Source: Azolla caroliniana (Eukaryota > Plantae > Polypodiophyta). From it: a DNA stretch of 64,000 nucleotides. This document shows, piece after piece, positions 38,950-51,008 of this stretch; the first letter of the stretch is position 1, and every line of letters begins with the position of its first letter. Under the pieces are notes generated by a model. That model was given only the letters and a program-made list of their open reading frames with translations. It made no database searches and was not told the DNA's origin. The translations under genes were made by a program, and so were the position numbers. The stretch spans positions 20,708,001 to 20,772,000 of the forward strand of contig JBHGNT010000007.1 of the NCBI GenBank assembly GCA_043228905.1, written 5' to 3'.

Positions 38950-40658
38950 AGGCTAGACCGGTTTTCTCCGTCCCAACTCAATTTGGCGCATGCCAGTGGA
39001 TGCGCGGTTTGGTGGGGGCAAATGTCGTGAAGAAAACCGTCCACAAGCGGAATCGGTGCACCGGAGTGTAGGAACCGGCTCTTCATGCACGTACGCCTTA
39101 TGTTGTACATAGAAGATCCTAGGTAGGTAGATTCGGTAGGTAGGAAGTTAATGGGAAACGGCTCCTTCCTTGCCTATAAAAGGAGGGAGACGAGGAGGGG
39201 GGAAGGATAGCAAAGTAAGAGAGGACGAAGTGTTATCGAATTGTGGGCCGAAGGCTTCTCTCTCTTCCATACTCCGTAGCTTCTTTCTGTGCAGGTTTTT
39301 CGGGAGGCTCGCGCTGCTCTGAGGAATGCCCGAGTGCTTCCGGCAGCACCTCCAACCTACTCCCTTCTTTCTGAGCATTTACAAACAGGCATCGGCATCT
39401 GTTCGCCGGCCTGTTCGGTTGTAACCGACTTCGTGCTTCTTGTTGTTTGTCTCGGCTAATATATACATACATACCTTCGTGTCTCTCTGTGTTGGTTTCC
39501 CGCTCGCGTCTTCGTGTCGAAGGGTCGTGTCCCTGTGGATCTACGCTCGCACCTAGTGGGTCTCTTCCCTTCTCCTTTCTCTCTTGCTCTTCGGTACAAG
39601 ACCTCCGAGGTCCAGCCTCATTCCACGCATCCGCGAGGAATACCTCGACACCGTATCCCCGACTTTTCCCGGTTCTGGGGACTACGGTTTCTTTGTCTTC
39701 CGCGTTCTGATTCGGTAAGGAGCGCTTTGGAGTCGGAGCTCGTATCTTTATCTTTTCGACGTGCCTCCTCATCTAGCAAGCTCGACTTTACTCTTGCTAG
39801 GGATAACCGTTTTCCTTCCGGCCCGGCGTTGCCCAAAGTGACAACCAGCGTCTCCCAGCTATCCGGGAGGGAACCGAGCAGGAGTAGCGCTAGTACCTCA
39901 TTGGCGAGAGGTACTTCCAATGAAGTTGCCTGGTGGATCAGCCCCTGGAAGGCATTCATGTGCTCCGCCATACTGGAGCCATCTTGGTACCGGAGTCTTA
40001 CTAGCTTTCGGAATACCGACACCTGATTAACAGCATTTTTATTCTAAAACATTATGCCGATCTTCTCCCAGAGCTCATGAGCCTTGCTCTCTTCATTGAA
40101 GTTGTTGTACAAGCTCATGTCGATGAAGCACCGTATGTACGCCGTTGTCTTCATGTGCATCACCTCCCATATCGCGGCGTCGATTTTGTCCGGCCTCTTG
40201 TCCCCGAACTGAACCGACAGCCAGAGGTCTTTAACCACGAGCATGTCCCTCATCTTCGACTTCCACACTGAATAGTTGGAGCCGGTGAGCTTGAACATGC
40301 CGCCAAACGAATCGTCCATTTTTTGTGTAGCTCGCTCTGATACCACTTGACGGGAGCTCAAGGCTCCTTATGCGCAACGCTCGGCCACAACCGAGATTCT
40401 TTTCATACACAGGAAACGGGAAACGAAAACACGCGACACAAAGGAGAGAAAAAAGGGTACACATAATGTTTACGTGGAAAACCCAAAGAGGGAAAAACCA
40501 CGACAACCCACAGGCTGCAAACTAGCACTAAGTTGGAATGTACAAAACAGTGAGTTCACGAAGGCAACAACCTCGTGCTCACGATCTTCGCCACAGGCGG
40601 TGGTTACAACAGAGGCAGCGACCTCTTTCTCTCTCTCTCTCTCTGTACACTGTTACGT

Positions 40659-43159
40659 TGTCGTGAAGAAAACCGTCCACAAGCGGAATCGGTGTACCGG
40701 AGCATAGAAACCGACTCTTCAGGCACGTGCGCCTTAAGTTGTACATAGGAGATCCTAGGTAGATTCGGTAGGTAGGCTTCATTCAAGACCTGCAGCCGGT
40801 CAACAGAGTGATTATCGAGACGGATTACCTGCCAATTCTCGGCATGGTTTCCGGATGCGCGACACCGGACCTGGCGATGCTCAGGTGGATAGCGTACATC
40901 AAGTCCCTGGACCCGGAGATACAACACATTTCCGGAAAGGACAACGCCATGGCCGACATGCTTTCGAGGGCGAGGTTTGATGACGAGGGCGGCATGGTTT
41001 CGGAGGACGAAGAAGTCGGCGTGGACTTCTTCGAGTCGGCGTACGTGACGACCGATGGGACGAGCACTCCGGCACTTAACGACTTCGACGAGAGCAAGTA
41101 CGACGGCGAGTGGCTCCAGATCGGTGGATTCTTGAGGACAATGACGCCGGATGCGTCATGGACGAAGGACGAGGCCAACCGGATCCGGAAGAAAGCTTAC
41201 CGATTCTTTCTCCGGGACGGATACTTATGGAAGCACCCGAAGAAGAGGAACGGCGCTCCGCTCCGGGTGGTGACGATGAAGGAAGAACAGGAGGAGCTGC
41301 TGACGGCCTACCACGACAGCCCTTGGGCCGGACACCGTGGAACCTGGGCCACGTTCGAGAAGATAAAGGGGAAGTACTGGTGGCCGGGACTGTACTGGGA
41401 CGTGCATCGATTCGTGACAACTTGCGAGAGCTGTCAGATGCACTCCATAGTCCGACACAGGGACGAACTTCACCCTACGTACCCTCCGACCATCCACTTC
41501 AAATGGATGGTAGACCTGGTAACGATGCCGATAGGAGTAGGACAGATGCGGTATCTGGTCCTGGCTCGGGAAGATCTAACGAACCAGGTGGAAGGCCGGG
41601 CCCTTCAGAACAAAATGATTGCAGCCGTATGTTGGTTCCTGCTCGAGGACGTAATATGCCGGTACGGGTGCGTCGGGAAGATCGTGGCTGATCGCGGGGA
41701 GTTGGACGCCGAAGAGGTCGAGGAGCTGTTCCACTGGCTAGGAGTCAAGCTCTCGCTTACCACTGCGTACAATCCGGAGGCGAATGGAAAGGTGGAGCGC
41801 GGACACGGACCGATCGTCAAGGTGTTAGTTCGGGCATGCGGAGGTCGAGTCGGGAACTGGCCGCGGCTACTGCCTTACGCGTTGTGGGCTGACCGGACTA
41901 CGCACAGTTCGGTAACCGAATTCATGCCGGCAGAGCTCATGTTTGGGCAGAAGCCGATCATGCCGATCGAACGTACGGTCTCCTCATGGGCAACCGTGGA
42001 CTGGAGAGACGAGATGAGCCGGGAGGAACTGTTGACGGCGCGCATACGACAGCTCGAGCGGAGACCGGACGACGTGGAGCAGGCTGCGGAAAAGCTTCGG
42101 GAAGCAAGGATGAGGAACAAAGCCCGGTTCGACCGAACACACCGGCTCCGACCGAAGAAGATCGAGGAAGGCGACTGGGTGCTAGTCTACGACAGCGGCC
42201 TCGACAACCAGCACCGAGCGACACGGAAGTTCGCAAGAAGGTGGTTCGGGCCTTACGTGGTACAAAGCGCCAACGACAACGGGACGTACCATCTGGCGGA
42301 ACTCGACGGTACGAGAATGACGATACCGGTAGCTGGGAAGCGGATCAAGACGTTCAAGAAGCGTCACGACGACGAGCCGGATCAGGTTGACTTGGACCGC
42401 GACGACGAGCGATACGAAACCGAGGAAGAACCGACGGGCGGGGAATGAAGGCTGGACCGGTTTTCTCCGTCCCAACTCAATTTGGCGCATGCCGGTGGAT
42501 GCGTGGTTAGGTGGGGGCGGATGTCGTGAAGAAAACCGTCCACAAGCGGAATCGGTGTACCGGAGCGTAGAAACCAACTCTTCAGGCACGTGCGCCTTAA
42601 CTTGTACATAGGAGATCCTAGGTAGATTCGGTAGGTAGGGAGTAAAGGGGAAACGGCTCCTTCCTTGCCTATAAAAGGAGGGAGTCGAGGAGAGTAAAAG
42701 GGATCGCGGAGAGTCGAGGAGGAAGTCCTGTCGGATTGGGCGCGAAGGCTTCTCTCTCTCTCTCTCTCTCTTGTTCGCAGACTCCATAGCTTCCTTCTGT
42801 GCAGGTTTCGGGAGGCTCGCGTTGCTCTGAGGAATGCCCGAGTGCTTCCGGCAGCACCTCCAACCTGTTCCTGTCTTTCTGTGCGTTTACGAACAGGCAT
42901 CGGCATCTGTCCGCGGGCCTGTTCGGTTGTAACCGACTTCGTGTTTTGTTGTCTTCATGTTCTTGTTGTTTGTCTTGTCAATACATACATACTTTCGTGT
43001 CTTTCTGTGTCGCTGTCCCATTCGCGTCTTTGCGTCGAAGGGCCGTGTCCCTGTGAACCTACGCTCGCACGTAGTGGGTCTCTCTCTCTCTCTTACTCTT
43101 CGGTACAGGACCCCCGAGGTCCCGCCTCACTCCACGCATCCGCGAGGAATACCTCGACA
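40659..43159 (+). mobile_element. Ty3/gypsy element 7, doubly deleted, same family as element 5
   Basis: 5' LTR stub 40659-40776, a 30-bp RT piece, then RH-INT. 3' LTR 42522-43159. 4-bp TSD ACGT at 40655-40658 and 43160-43163. Confidence 0.95.
40808..42448 (+). CDS. Open RNase H C-terminus plus integrase reading frame (546 aa)
   Basis: HDSPWAGH..CESC zinc motif, DDE motifs, WFGPY; no stops; expression unknown. Confidence 0.65.
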   Translation: MIIETDYLPILGMVSGCATPDLAMLRWIAYIKSLDPEIQHISGKDNAMADMLSRARFDDEGGMVSEDEEVGVDFFESAYVTTDGTSTPALNDFDESKYDGEWLQIGGFLRTMTPDASWTKDEANRIRKKAYRFFLRDGYLWKHPKKRNGAPLRVVTMKEEQEELLTAYHDSPWAGHRGTWATFEKIKGKYWWPGLYWDVHRFVTTCESCQMHSIVRHRDELHPTYPPTIHFKWMVDLVTMPIGVGQMRYLVLAREDLTNQVEGRALQNKMIAAVCWFLLEDVICRYGCVGKIVADRGELDAEEVEELFHWLGVKLSLTTAYNPEANGKVERGHGPIVKVLVRACGGRVGNWPRLLPYALWADRTTHSSVTEFMPAELMFGQKPIMPIERTVSSWATVDWRDEMSREELLTARIRQLERRPDDVEQAAEKLREARMRNKARFDRTHRLRPKKIEEGDWVLVYDSGLDNQHRATRKFARRWFGPYVVQSANDNGTYHLAELDGTRMTIPVAGKRIKTFKKRHDDEPDQVDLDRDDERYETEEEPTGGE

Positions 43160-43315
43160 ACGTGCTCTCTCTTCTTTTTGCACCAACAAGAAAATGACAA
43201 CAACTATCTCTAAAAGTTTGCCCTAAGTCATATTTATACTAATATGACTTTTCGGCTATTTACAAATGTAGCCTCGATGGGCTCTCAGAAACATATTTAC
43301 GAATATGTCTCTTCC

Positions 43316-43645
43316 TCCGGTTCGCATCGGGTCTGCGTCATCCGGCTCTCCGTAGCCGGGTGCTCCTCATCCGGTTCTCACCGGTTCTGCACCATTCGGC
43401 TCTCCGTAGCCGGGTACTCCTCATCTGGTTCGCACCGGGCCTGTACCATCCGGCTCTCCGTAGCCGGGTATTCCTCATCCGGTTCACACCGGGCCTGCGC
43501 CATCCGGCTCTCCGTAGCCGGGTGCTCCTCATCCGCTTCACACCGGGCCTGCACCATCCGGCTCTCCGTAGCCGGGTACTCCTCATCCGGTTCACACCGG
43601 GCCTGCACCATCCGGCTCTCCGTAGCCGGGTACTCCTCATCCGGT
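43316..43645 (-). repeat. 54-bp CCGG-rich tandem repeat in LTR U3 (about 6 copies)
   Basis: 18-aa periodicity EPDEEYPATESRMVQARC; also about 4 copies at 55885-56105 and 60695-60915. Confidence 0.92.
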
Positions 43646-43753
43646 TTCGGCCTCAGCCGAGTTTGTTCGTCGGCACTGTTCTTCTCCCTTCCCATCCGGA
43701 GGGACCTGTCTCCCAACAATGAGGAACTTAAGATGCTAGGGACAATACAAGAG

Positions 43754-46700
43754 TGTTGAGAGACAAGCTCAACATCAGCCGGATCGGCTGAGCAAGCCGA
43801 GGACCAAATCGGTGCAAAAACCGAGAGGCCATCGGAAAGATATTCCACAAGGAATATATTTGGGAATTAGTGTAGGGGATCCTTAATGAGCATTGAAGTA
43901 CTGTTAGTACTTCAGTTAGTCCGAAAAGGATTTGTATAAAAGTGTTCATTGAACACTCACAATGTACAAATTGAGTATTATTTTTGAATAAAGTTCTTGT
44001 GTTTACTCTCTCTCTGTCTCCCCCGTGCATATTGTGCAAACCTAAGCTTTCCATTAAACCTGCGTTTTCTATTGTTCGATTTCCTATATTGCTTCCGCAC
44101 GCCATTCTTTTCATGGTATTAGAGTGCGAGGGTTGAGAACCTCTGCAGTCGACTTTGCTTGAAGGAAAAAAAAACCAACGAAGAAGAACAGAAAACCGAT
44201 GGACAGAGGAATGGCTAGCTCGCTTCCGACGGAGAAGCTCGACAGAACCAACTTCACATCTTGGTCCTACAAGATGCACCAGTACTTGCCTGGGCACGGT
44301 TACTGGAGCTATGTCGAAGGAGTGAATGACGCGACACCCGAATCGACACATAGAGACTTCCCGGCGTGGCAACAATCGGCGAGCAGAGTGTTGTACTGTT
44401 TCGCGTCTTGTGTGGGCGAATAGCTATTAAGCTACGTTCGGGATGCAAAAACGCTGAAGGGTGCGTGGGAAAATCTGAAGAAGATCTTCGCCACGAGCAC
44501 CACAGCAAGGAAGCTTCAGCTCTGACAAGAGTTGAGCAACCTACGACAACGCGATTTGTCGGTGGCTAACTATACCTCGAAGATCAAGGACATATGCGAC
44601 TCCTTAGCTTCCATCAATGTGAACATCGAGAAAAGAGAGATGGTCTAGGTCTGTCTTGGGGGTTTGGCGTCGAAGTTCGGGGCGTTCCGAACTGCTGTGT
44701 GTACCCGAGAGAATACATCGTCCTTTTTCGACTTACAGTCGATGCTCCTGGTAGAGGAGAACCACGCGGGTGCGTCAACGAGCACGCACACCGACAGCAA
44801 GATGTTGTATATGGAGGGAGATAGGCCCCGTGGAAGTGGAGGACGAGGCGAGTCGGTGCACAATGGAGGTGGCCGATGGGATCAAGGAAGAAGGCACCAA
44901 AGTGATGCCAACAACAATTCCGGACCCTCAGGAAACAGGGGGAGTCGAGGCGACGAGAACCGGCAAGGGAAATCCGCCACGGAATGCTGGTATTGTGGCA
45001 AGAGAGAGCGAGTGTTGGAAAATGCACGCCAAGTCGGAGAGGACCGGTTCCGGACATACCGACAAAGGAAACCGGTAGCGATCGCACTACGCCGAAGGAT
45101 CCGGAAAAGCCTGAAAAGGGTCTGCCTTCATGACGAGACATGAAGCAAACTCAATGAAGCAGACCACCCCGAAATCGGACGAGTTGTGGTACGTCGACTC
45201 CAGCGCGTCAAATCAGATGACGAGCCATAAGGAGTGGTTCTCGTACCTCGAAAAACTGATGCAACCGGGAGTAGTCGCAACCGGAGATGACACTCCGCAT
45301 CCGATCACGAATGTCGAAGAAGTTCCCCTAAGCCATGTCAGGCAGAAAGGGAAACTCATGAACATGCTACATGTTCCGACAATCACGAAGAACTTGGTGT
45401 CGGTCGGACAGATCGTCGACCAAGGGATGGAGGTCCGGTTTACACACCTCGGGTGCTTCATTGAGGAAGAAGGCCGTGTTATTGCGCAAGGGCACAAAGA
45501 TGGGAGGATGTTCATCCTAAACTCTACTCACGGTGGCACCGCAATGTTCGCGAAGGGACAAAAAGTTGAGTCAGACATCGACTTATGGCACAAGAGGATA
45601 GGCCACGTCAATTATCAACGGCTTTAGGACTTGCAATCGAAACATGTGGTGTTCGGATTGCCCAAATTTAGTGCCCCGAAGGCACAAATTTGTGAATCCT
45701 GCCAACTTGGGAAGCAACGCCGACTTCCCTTCCCCAACGAGCGTAACCGGAGCCGGAACAAGCTCGACTTGATACACTCCGATGTGTGGGGGCCGGCACA
45801 AAACATTAGTCTTGGTGGGAGCCGATATTTCGTCTCCTTCATCGACGACTACACGTAGCACACGTGGATCTACCTCATTGAGAGGAAGAGCGAAGTCTTC
45901 GACTGTTTCCGGGACCTCAAAGGGTTCGTGGAAACGGAAACAGGAAGAAAGATCAAGTGCCTGCGATCGGATGGCAGAAAAGAATACTTTTTTGGTCAAT
46001 TCAACAGTTATCTACAACAGATGGGAATTTGGCACGAATTCAGTTGTATATACACGCCGGAGCAAAACGGCGTGGCCGAGAGGAAAAATCGGTCGGTTGT
46101 GGAAGCGGCACGGGCAATGCTGGAGGAGAAGAACTTGCCCAAGTTCTACTGGGCCGAGGCGGTAAGGATTGCGGTATACATCCAGAACCGGATCGGAGAC
46201 AAAGCGTCGGCGCACGAGCTATATTTCGAAACGAAGCCGAACTTGCAACACTTACGAGTTTTCGGTAGCATTGCGTATGTGCATGTGCCGAAGGACAAAC
46301 GGAGAAAGCTGGACGCAAAGGCCGAGAAATGTATCTTGGTCAGTTACTCGGACGAGCAGAAGGGTTATAAGTGTTATAACATGTGCAGCAAATAAGCGCG
46401 CGTGAGCCGCGACGTTGTGTTTGATGAGTCCGCGTCTTGGTACTTGCCTCCAACTCCGGATCTCACCTCCAATCTGAGCTCTGACGATGAGGTGAGCGAG
46501 ATAGAGATGCCTCTAGATGAACCTGAAATCGGGACCCACAAAGAGAGTCTGATTTCGTTTCGGTTAAGTGGACCGAATGGACGACTGAGTCGGTTCGACT
46601 AGTCCGACGAAGAGTCGGCGAGTAGTGGAGACTCGGTCGTGCATTCCCCCCGTAGGAAGCCGAGGAGACGGCTTACGTGCAAAGAGAAAGGGAAGAAGAA

Positions 46701-47223
46701 GGTGTCGGATTCCGACACGGATAGGAACGAGTTAGACCGACGCGAGTCCGACTCCGAGGGAAGCGGTGATGGGTCTTCAAGAGTGAAGTTTGCGTCGACC
46801 AAGAAGACCTCGACATCGACTAATGACCAATTACGCCAATCTACCCGCCAGAAGAACCCAGTTGTGCGGTTTGGATACAACGAGTACATGGAGCATCATT
46901 ATGCGTACATGACCCGTGTGGCAGAAGTGCGTGAGCCGGAGAGCCACGCAGAAGCGGCTAAGGACACGAATTGGTGCGCCGCGATGGAGGAAGAGATGCA
47001 CGCATTGGCGAAAAACGAGACCTGGGACCTAGTTGACACACCGAAGGGTGTGATGCCGATCGGATGTAGGTGGGTGTACAAGGTCAAGTACAACACCGAC
47101 GGCTCGGTCAACCGATACAAGGCCCGGTTAGTGGCAAAAGGCTACGCGCAGAAACACGGCATCGACTACGATGAGACGTTTGCGCCAGTCGCGAAGATGA
47201 CGACCGTCCGTGTTTTGCTCGCG
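43754..47223 (+). mobile_element. Ty1/copia family A element 8, 3' truncated in RT
   Basis: LTR 43754-44113; PBS TGGTATTAGAGT at 44114; gag from 44199; PR and INT; breaks at VRVLLA. Confidence 0.93.
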
Positions 47224-48280
47224 GAACAAGAGACGTGCGAGTGGCCATCAAGGGCCGAAGCAAGCACGAGTACGAGACGGCGTTCGGCATAGGCGGTGCC
47301 GAACAAGGAAGGCGGAAGATGCCGCGACGACCATAGAAGGAACAAGGAGCGCGTCGTATTGGGGTCACCTAAGGACCGAAGAACAAATGTGCATTCGGGG
47401 AACGATAACGGCACACGGGAAGAACCTACGGAAGGCGAGCACGGAGCGGAGAGAGTCGGCACGTAGAGGTGTTCGGGACGGGGAGATGATCGAACCAACA
47501 GAGGGACATGCGCGGCACGCAAGGCGCGGAATCCGGCGTACCATCGAAGCTACCAAGGGTGTTCGGGAGAACCGATCGAGGGAGGAAGGCGCGAACATCG
47601 GATGCGATGGATCGGATGGAGCCAATGGATCAAGGCCGGTAACGAGCCGGCGAGACGGACGGGTACCGGTAAGGCGGAGGACCCGGTTAATCATGGTCGC
47701 CGAAATTTCTCACCTTTTTTTCCCCTCTTGGCACATACCAATGGATGTGCAATTTGGTGGGGGTGGATGTCGTGAAGATTTCCGGCTATAGTGTGAAACC
47801 CGGGTGGAATAGGGCAAGTCGTGGTGTGCAACATGTGCACATGTATAGTAGGAAACGGTGTATAGAATAAAGGGGGAGTATTTGTCCCACATTGTAACGC
47901 CCTCCCCTCCTTGGTCTATAAAAGGAGGGAGGGGTCCCTTGTTGAGGGGTTGCCCATTTTGAGTCACAAGGGTATACTATTTTTTGTTAAGGGTATTTTT
48001 GTTAAGGATTCTTCTAGGGTTAGTAACTTTCTAGTAGTCTTCTTCTTCTTCTCCTTCTTGAGAGGTTGGGCGCCGCAACCATGGTGGCAAAGCTCTGTTT
48101 GGGTTAAGTTCTTCTTCTTCTTCTTCTGAGTGTAGCCCGGCCCAAAGTCGGGGTTGTATCTTTCCTCTTCGTAATATATTTATTCATATCTGTTTGCACA
48201 TATTGGTGTCTCTGATGGTGTCGGGGGCATAGCACCCCCCTCCTTTGTTTCCTGTACATAAGAGTCGATGTTGCGCGCAT

Positions 48281-48319
<39 letters not shown>

Positions 48320-48432
48320 TTCGGTTGCCTCGGGTATGTGTCCGGAGTCGGTTTCCTGGCATCCCTCTCTTCCTCGTCCGAGACCCCCGTGGTCCCACCC
48401 CTTTTGACACGCACACGGGGATTTCCGTGACA
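47224..48432 (+). mobile_element. 3' end and LTR of the gag-only gypsy-related family
   Basis: PPT GGTGGGGGTGGA; LTR 47768-48432 (TGTCGTG..GTGACA) similar to the reverse complement of 28555-29369. Confidence 0.8.
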
Positions 48433-48590
48433 ACGGTTTATGATATCAGCCCAGGTGTGAATAACATGACCTTGGTTATCAACCACAGATTGGTTGAAGT
48501 TAAAATCATTCAAGTTGAATGCCATGGTGCTAATACCCAAAGCGGTAAACATGCCTACCATAGGCCCAACAACTAGCAAGAAGAAGTGGT
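48433..48590 (-). pseudogene. psbA: Nuclear plastid DNA: psbA (D1) C-terminal fragment
   Basis: [43 protein letters not shown] versus D1 [39 protein letters not shown]. Confidence 0.93.
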
Positions 48591-50061
48591 ATATCATATT
48601 GTTCCAGATGTGGTTCTTATTTGAGCTCCAAGAAAGCTTGTATGAATTATGATCATTTCAACCAGCAAGATGGGTTGCTTTTCCAAAATTTTCTTTGGCA
48701 AAAGCAAACTGAGATCAAACCACATGCAACACAATGTTCCTTGTATTAAGTGAAAGCACATGGAGAAATGTGGGGTGGATAGTCTCCTCATCAATTCATC
48801 GTCATGGGAAGACCAAATCTCAAATGCCATATAAAAGGAGAGCCAAAGACAAATTAACTATAGTTTAGCATAACATAGAGGTACAAGAGCATGATCCATG
48901 TGTTGCCCATCGTAAGCATAATGTGTCATATAGTGTCTTTTATATCTCCTATTCTTTGGCCACTAGGCAAGTGAGAGAGTGGTTAATGTTTTTGCATATG
49001 GGATCCCTTAAGGGGAGTTCCATCTATGTTTGCGAGTGAGGAAGAATTGTGATGTGTGACCTAAAGGGAGACAAGCCTATGAGAACCATGTTGGGCAAGA
49101 TGAGAGTGCCATAGAATGGAATTTGGCCTAGGCTTCATCTATTTAGTTGTCATGCAAGTGACCACAAGACATAGGCATTGAATACACCACCATAATGGCG
49201 CATGGAAGCATGAACCAATGTGGGGATGACGTGTGTTACATTATAGTAGATCAAATTACTAATTTGTTTATATTCATTCTTGTAAACACTTGTTATAGGT
49301 AAGAATTTGCACAACTTTTTGGTTGTAGCGTGCCAACAAAAAATGTACATGTGTTAGGCCTTGGTAATTACTAGTATCTTTCCTAAAAATGAGCTTCATT
49401 TATAAAATTGGAACAATAGCATAAACCTCAAAAACATTGTATACGAGTTGAAATCAAGTTGCACAAGACTTGAATAACATGATCAAACTACGTGACTAAC
49501 ATATTCACACGTATGTATTAAACTTTCTAAGTAAAGGACAATAGATTTGATGTAGAAAGGGCAATGCATTAATATTTTGGTTAACTGTGTTTTTTTATTC
49601 CATACATTATTGTCAGACAAATTCCTTATGGTATTGTGACATATACCACAGTTTAGATTCTTTACAAAATACTCTTGTTGTTGTCCCTTTATGGAATGTT
49701 ATTGATATTGACCTTTTATGGAATCCTGTAAAAGCAAGAGGATAAGTTACAAATAGATCCTTTAAGAAAGCATAAAGATAAAGTGATGCATTTATGACCA
49801 TTTTTCTCATAAACATGATTCATTTTATCAATTGTTACACATTGAACCCATTGATCAAGTTAGAATAAGGAAACCGAAAAGCTAAATTAGTCTAATGCAT
49901 CACTTGAGTTTGAGGTCCTCTACAGGATTGTGAAACCCAATAAATAACATTTATTAAAACAAAAATTGCTAATGTTTCTAATGTATCACCATGCCAATAT
50001 GCACAAGTGCATGTAAACATGAAATAATTTGTGAATATGCATTCATTTCAAGATATTGACT

Positions 50062-50932
50062 TCAAACCCTACATTTTGTCATCTTAAAGTTAAAACGAAG
50101 GCTAACTAACTTGAGCAATTTGAAAATTTTATTTGATGGATCTTTTTGCATCAACTAATGATACCTATATGTTGATGTGCTTTGCTAAATTTCGTGAAAT
50201 GTAGCTATATGTACAAGAATTGTAATAGGAATGGTGGCCTATTTTTACTAGAATGGCCAACTCTAGTGATGTTTCCAAAATTTGAGGTGTAGGTAGGAGA
50301 AATGATGAATGTGCTGCAATAAAATCAAATGATAAACTACCAACCAATGTGAGACGCATTTTGAATCTGTCAAATTAGCATACTTATAAGCATGGAATAA
50401 GCTAGCATATCATGGCACCTTATGTTGTTTGTAATTGTAGCCAAGAACTCTACCATTAATAGTCATGTGCCTCCCACCAATTCTATGAATAGGGAGTGTT
50501 ACCATGTGTTACATGTGAGTTCTTTCTTACATATAAACAACTATAATGAATTGATAAATATATATAATACATGAAAAGAACTCACTGATTGCAACTCATG
50601 GTGCTACTCAAGGTGTAGCCAAGTTCAACGCCACACTTGGAGGGGAGGTTAGCAAGGTGGTTGGTGTCAACATTGTACTTGGCAAGATAATTCTTAAAGC
50701 AATCACAATATGAAACACGGTCATCATGAGACAAGGATTGTAATTGTTGTTCCATACTTTTGGTAGCAGAGCAACAAGAAGAAGATGGTCTCAAACCAAA
50801 TCCCATGACGTAAAATGCACATGAAACCAAAGATCGCCCTGCCGAGCTACAATCCACTGCCTCACTCTTCTCCACCACAATCGTCAAAAGAATCACCGCT
50901 AAATATATCACCCCCATCAAATTTCTCCCCAT
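50062..50932 (-). CDS. LTP: Non-specific lipid transfer protein, type 1-like
   Basis: Signal peptide, then C-X9-C-X14-CC-X21-CDC-X21-C-X13-C. Exon 1 is 50932-50586 with a GTGAG donor 5 nt after the last Cys. Candidate exon 2 is 50068-50062 (G GTT TGA); exon 2 is less certain than exon 1. Confidence 0.9.
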
Positions 50933-51001
50933 GTTAGCCTTAGTTGTTATTCTAATTCTCCCAAACTCCTCATATTGCTTCTTGTCCCTTCATGTGACTC
51001 C

Positions 51002-51008
51002 TTTTATA
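51002..51008 (-). promoter_or_regulatory. TATA box of the LTP gene
   Basis: TATAAAA about 70 nt upstream of ATG 50932. Confidence 0.65.

Larger units (their letters stand above)
32684..39650 (+). mobile_element. Ty3/gypsy non-chromovirus element 5, full length
   Basis: 628-bp LTRs 32684-33311 and 39023-39650 (TGTCG..CGACA; about 24 differences). 4-bp TSD CCGT. PBS 33315-33332; PPT 39011-39022. Domain order gag-PR-RT-RH-INT; no chromodomain. Confidence 0.97.
29670..43718 (-). mobile_element. Ty1/copia family B element 6, host to two gypsy insertions
   Basis: 5' LTR 40348-40658 plus 43164-43718; PBS 40334-40345. gag 39655-40320; pol 30144-32683 with the RT core deleted. PPT 30131-30143; truncated 3' LTR 29670-30130. 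Confidence 0.92.

Noticed and set aside
43244-43848. Repetitive proteins (EPDEEYPATESRMVQ etc.; also 55734-56174 and 60532-60984)
   Set aside because: Open frames are a by-product of the 54-bp LTR tandem repeat.
48184-48597. psbA-LTR fusion protein ORF
   Set aside because: Accidental read-through from the plastid fragment into antisense LTR sequence with a (GA)n tract.
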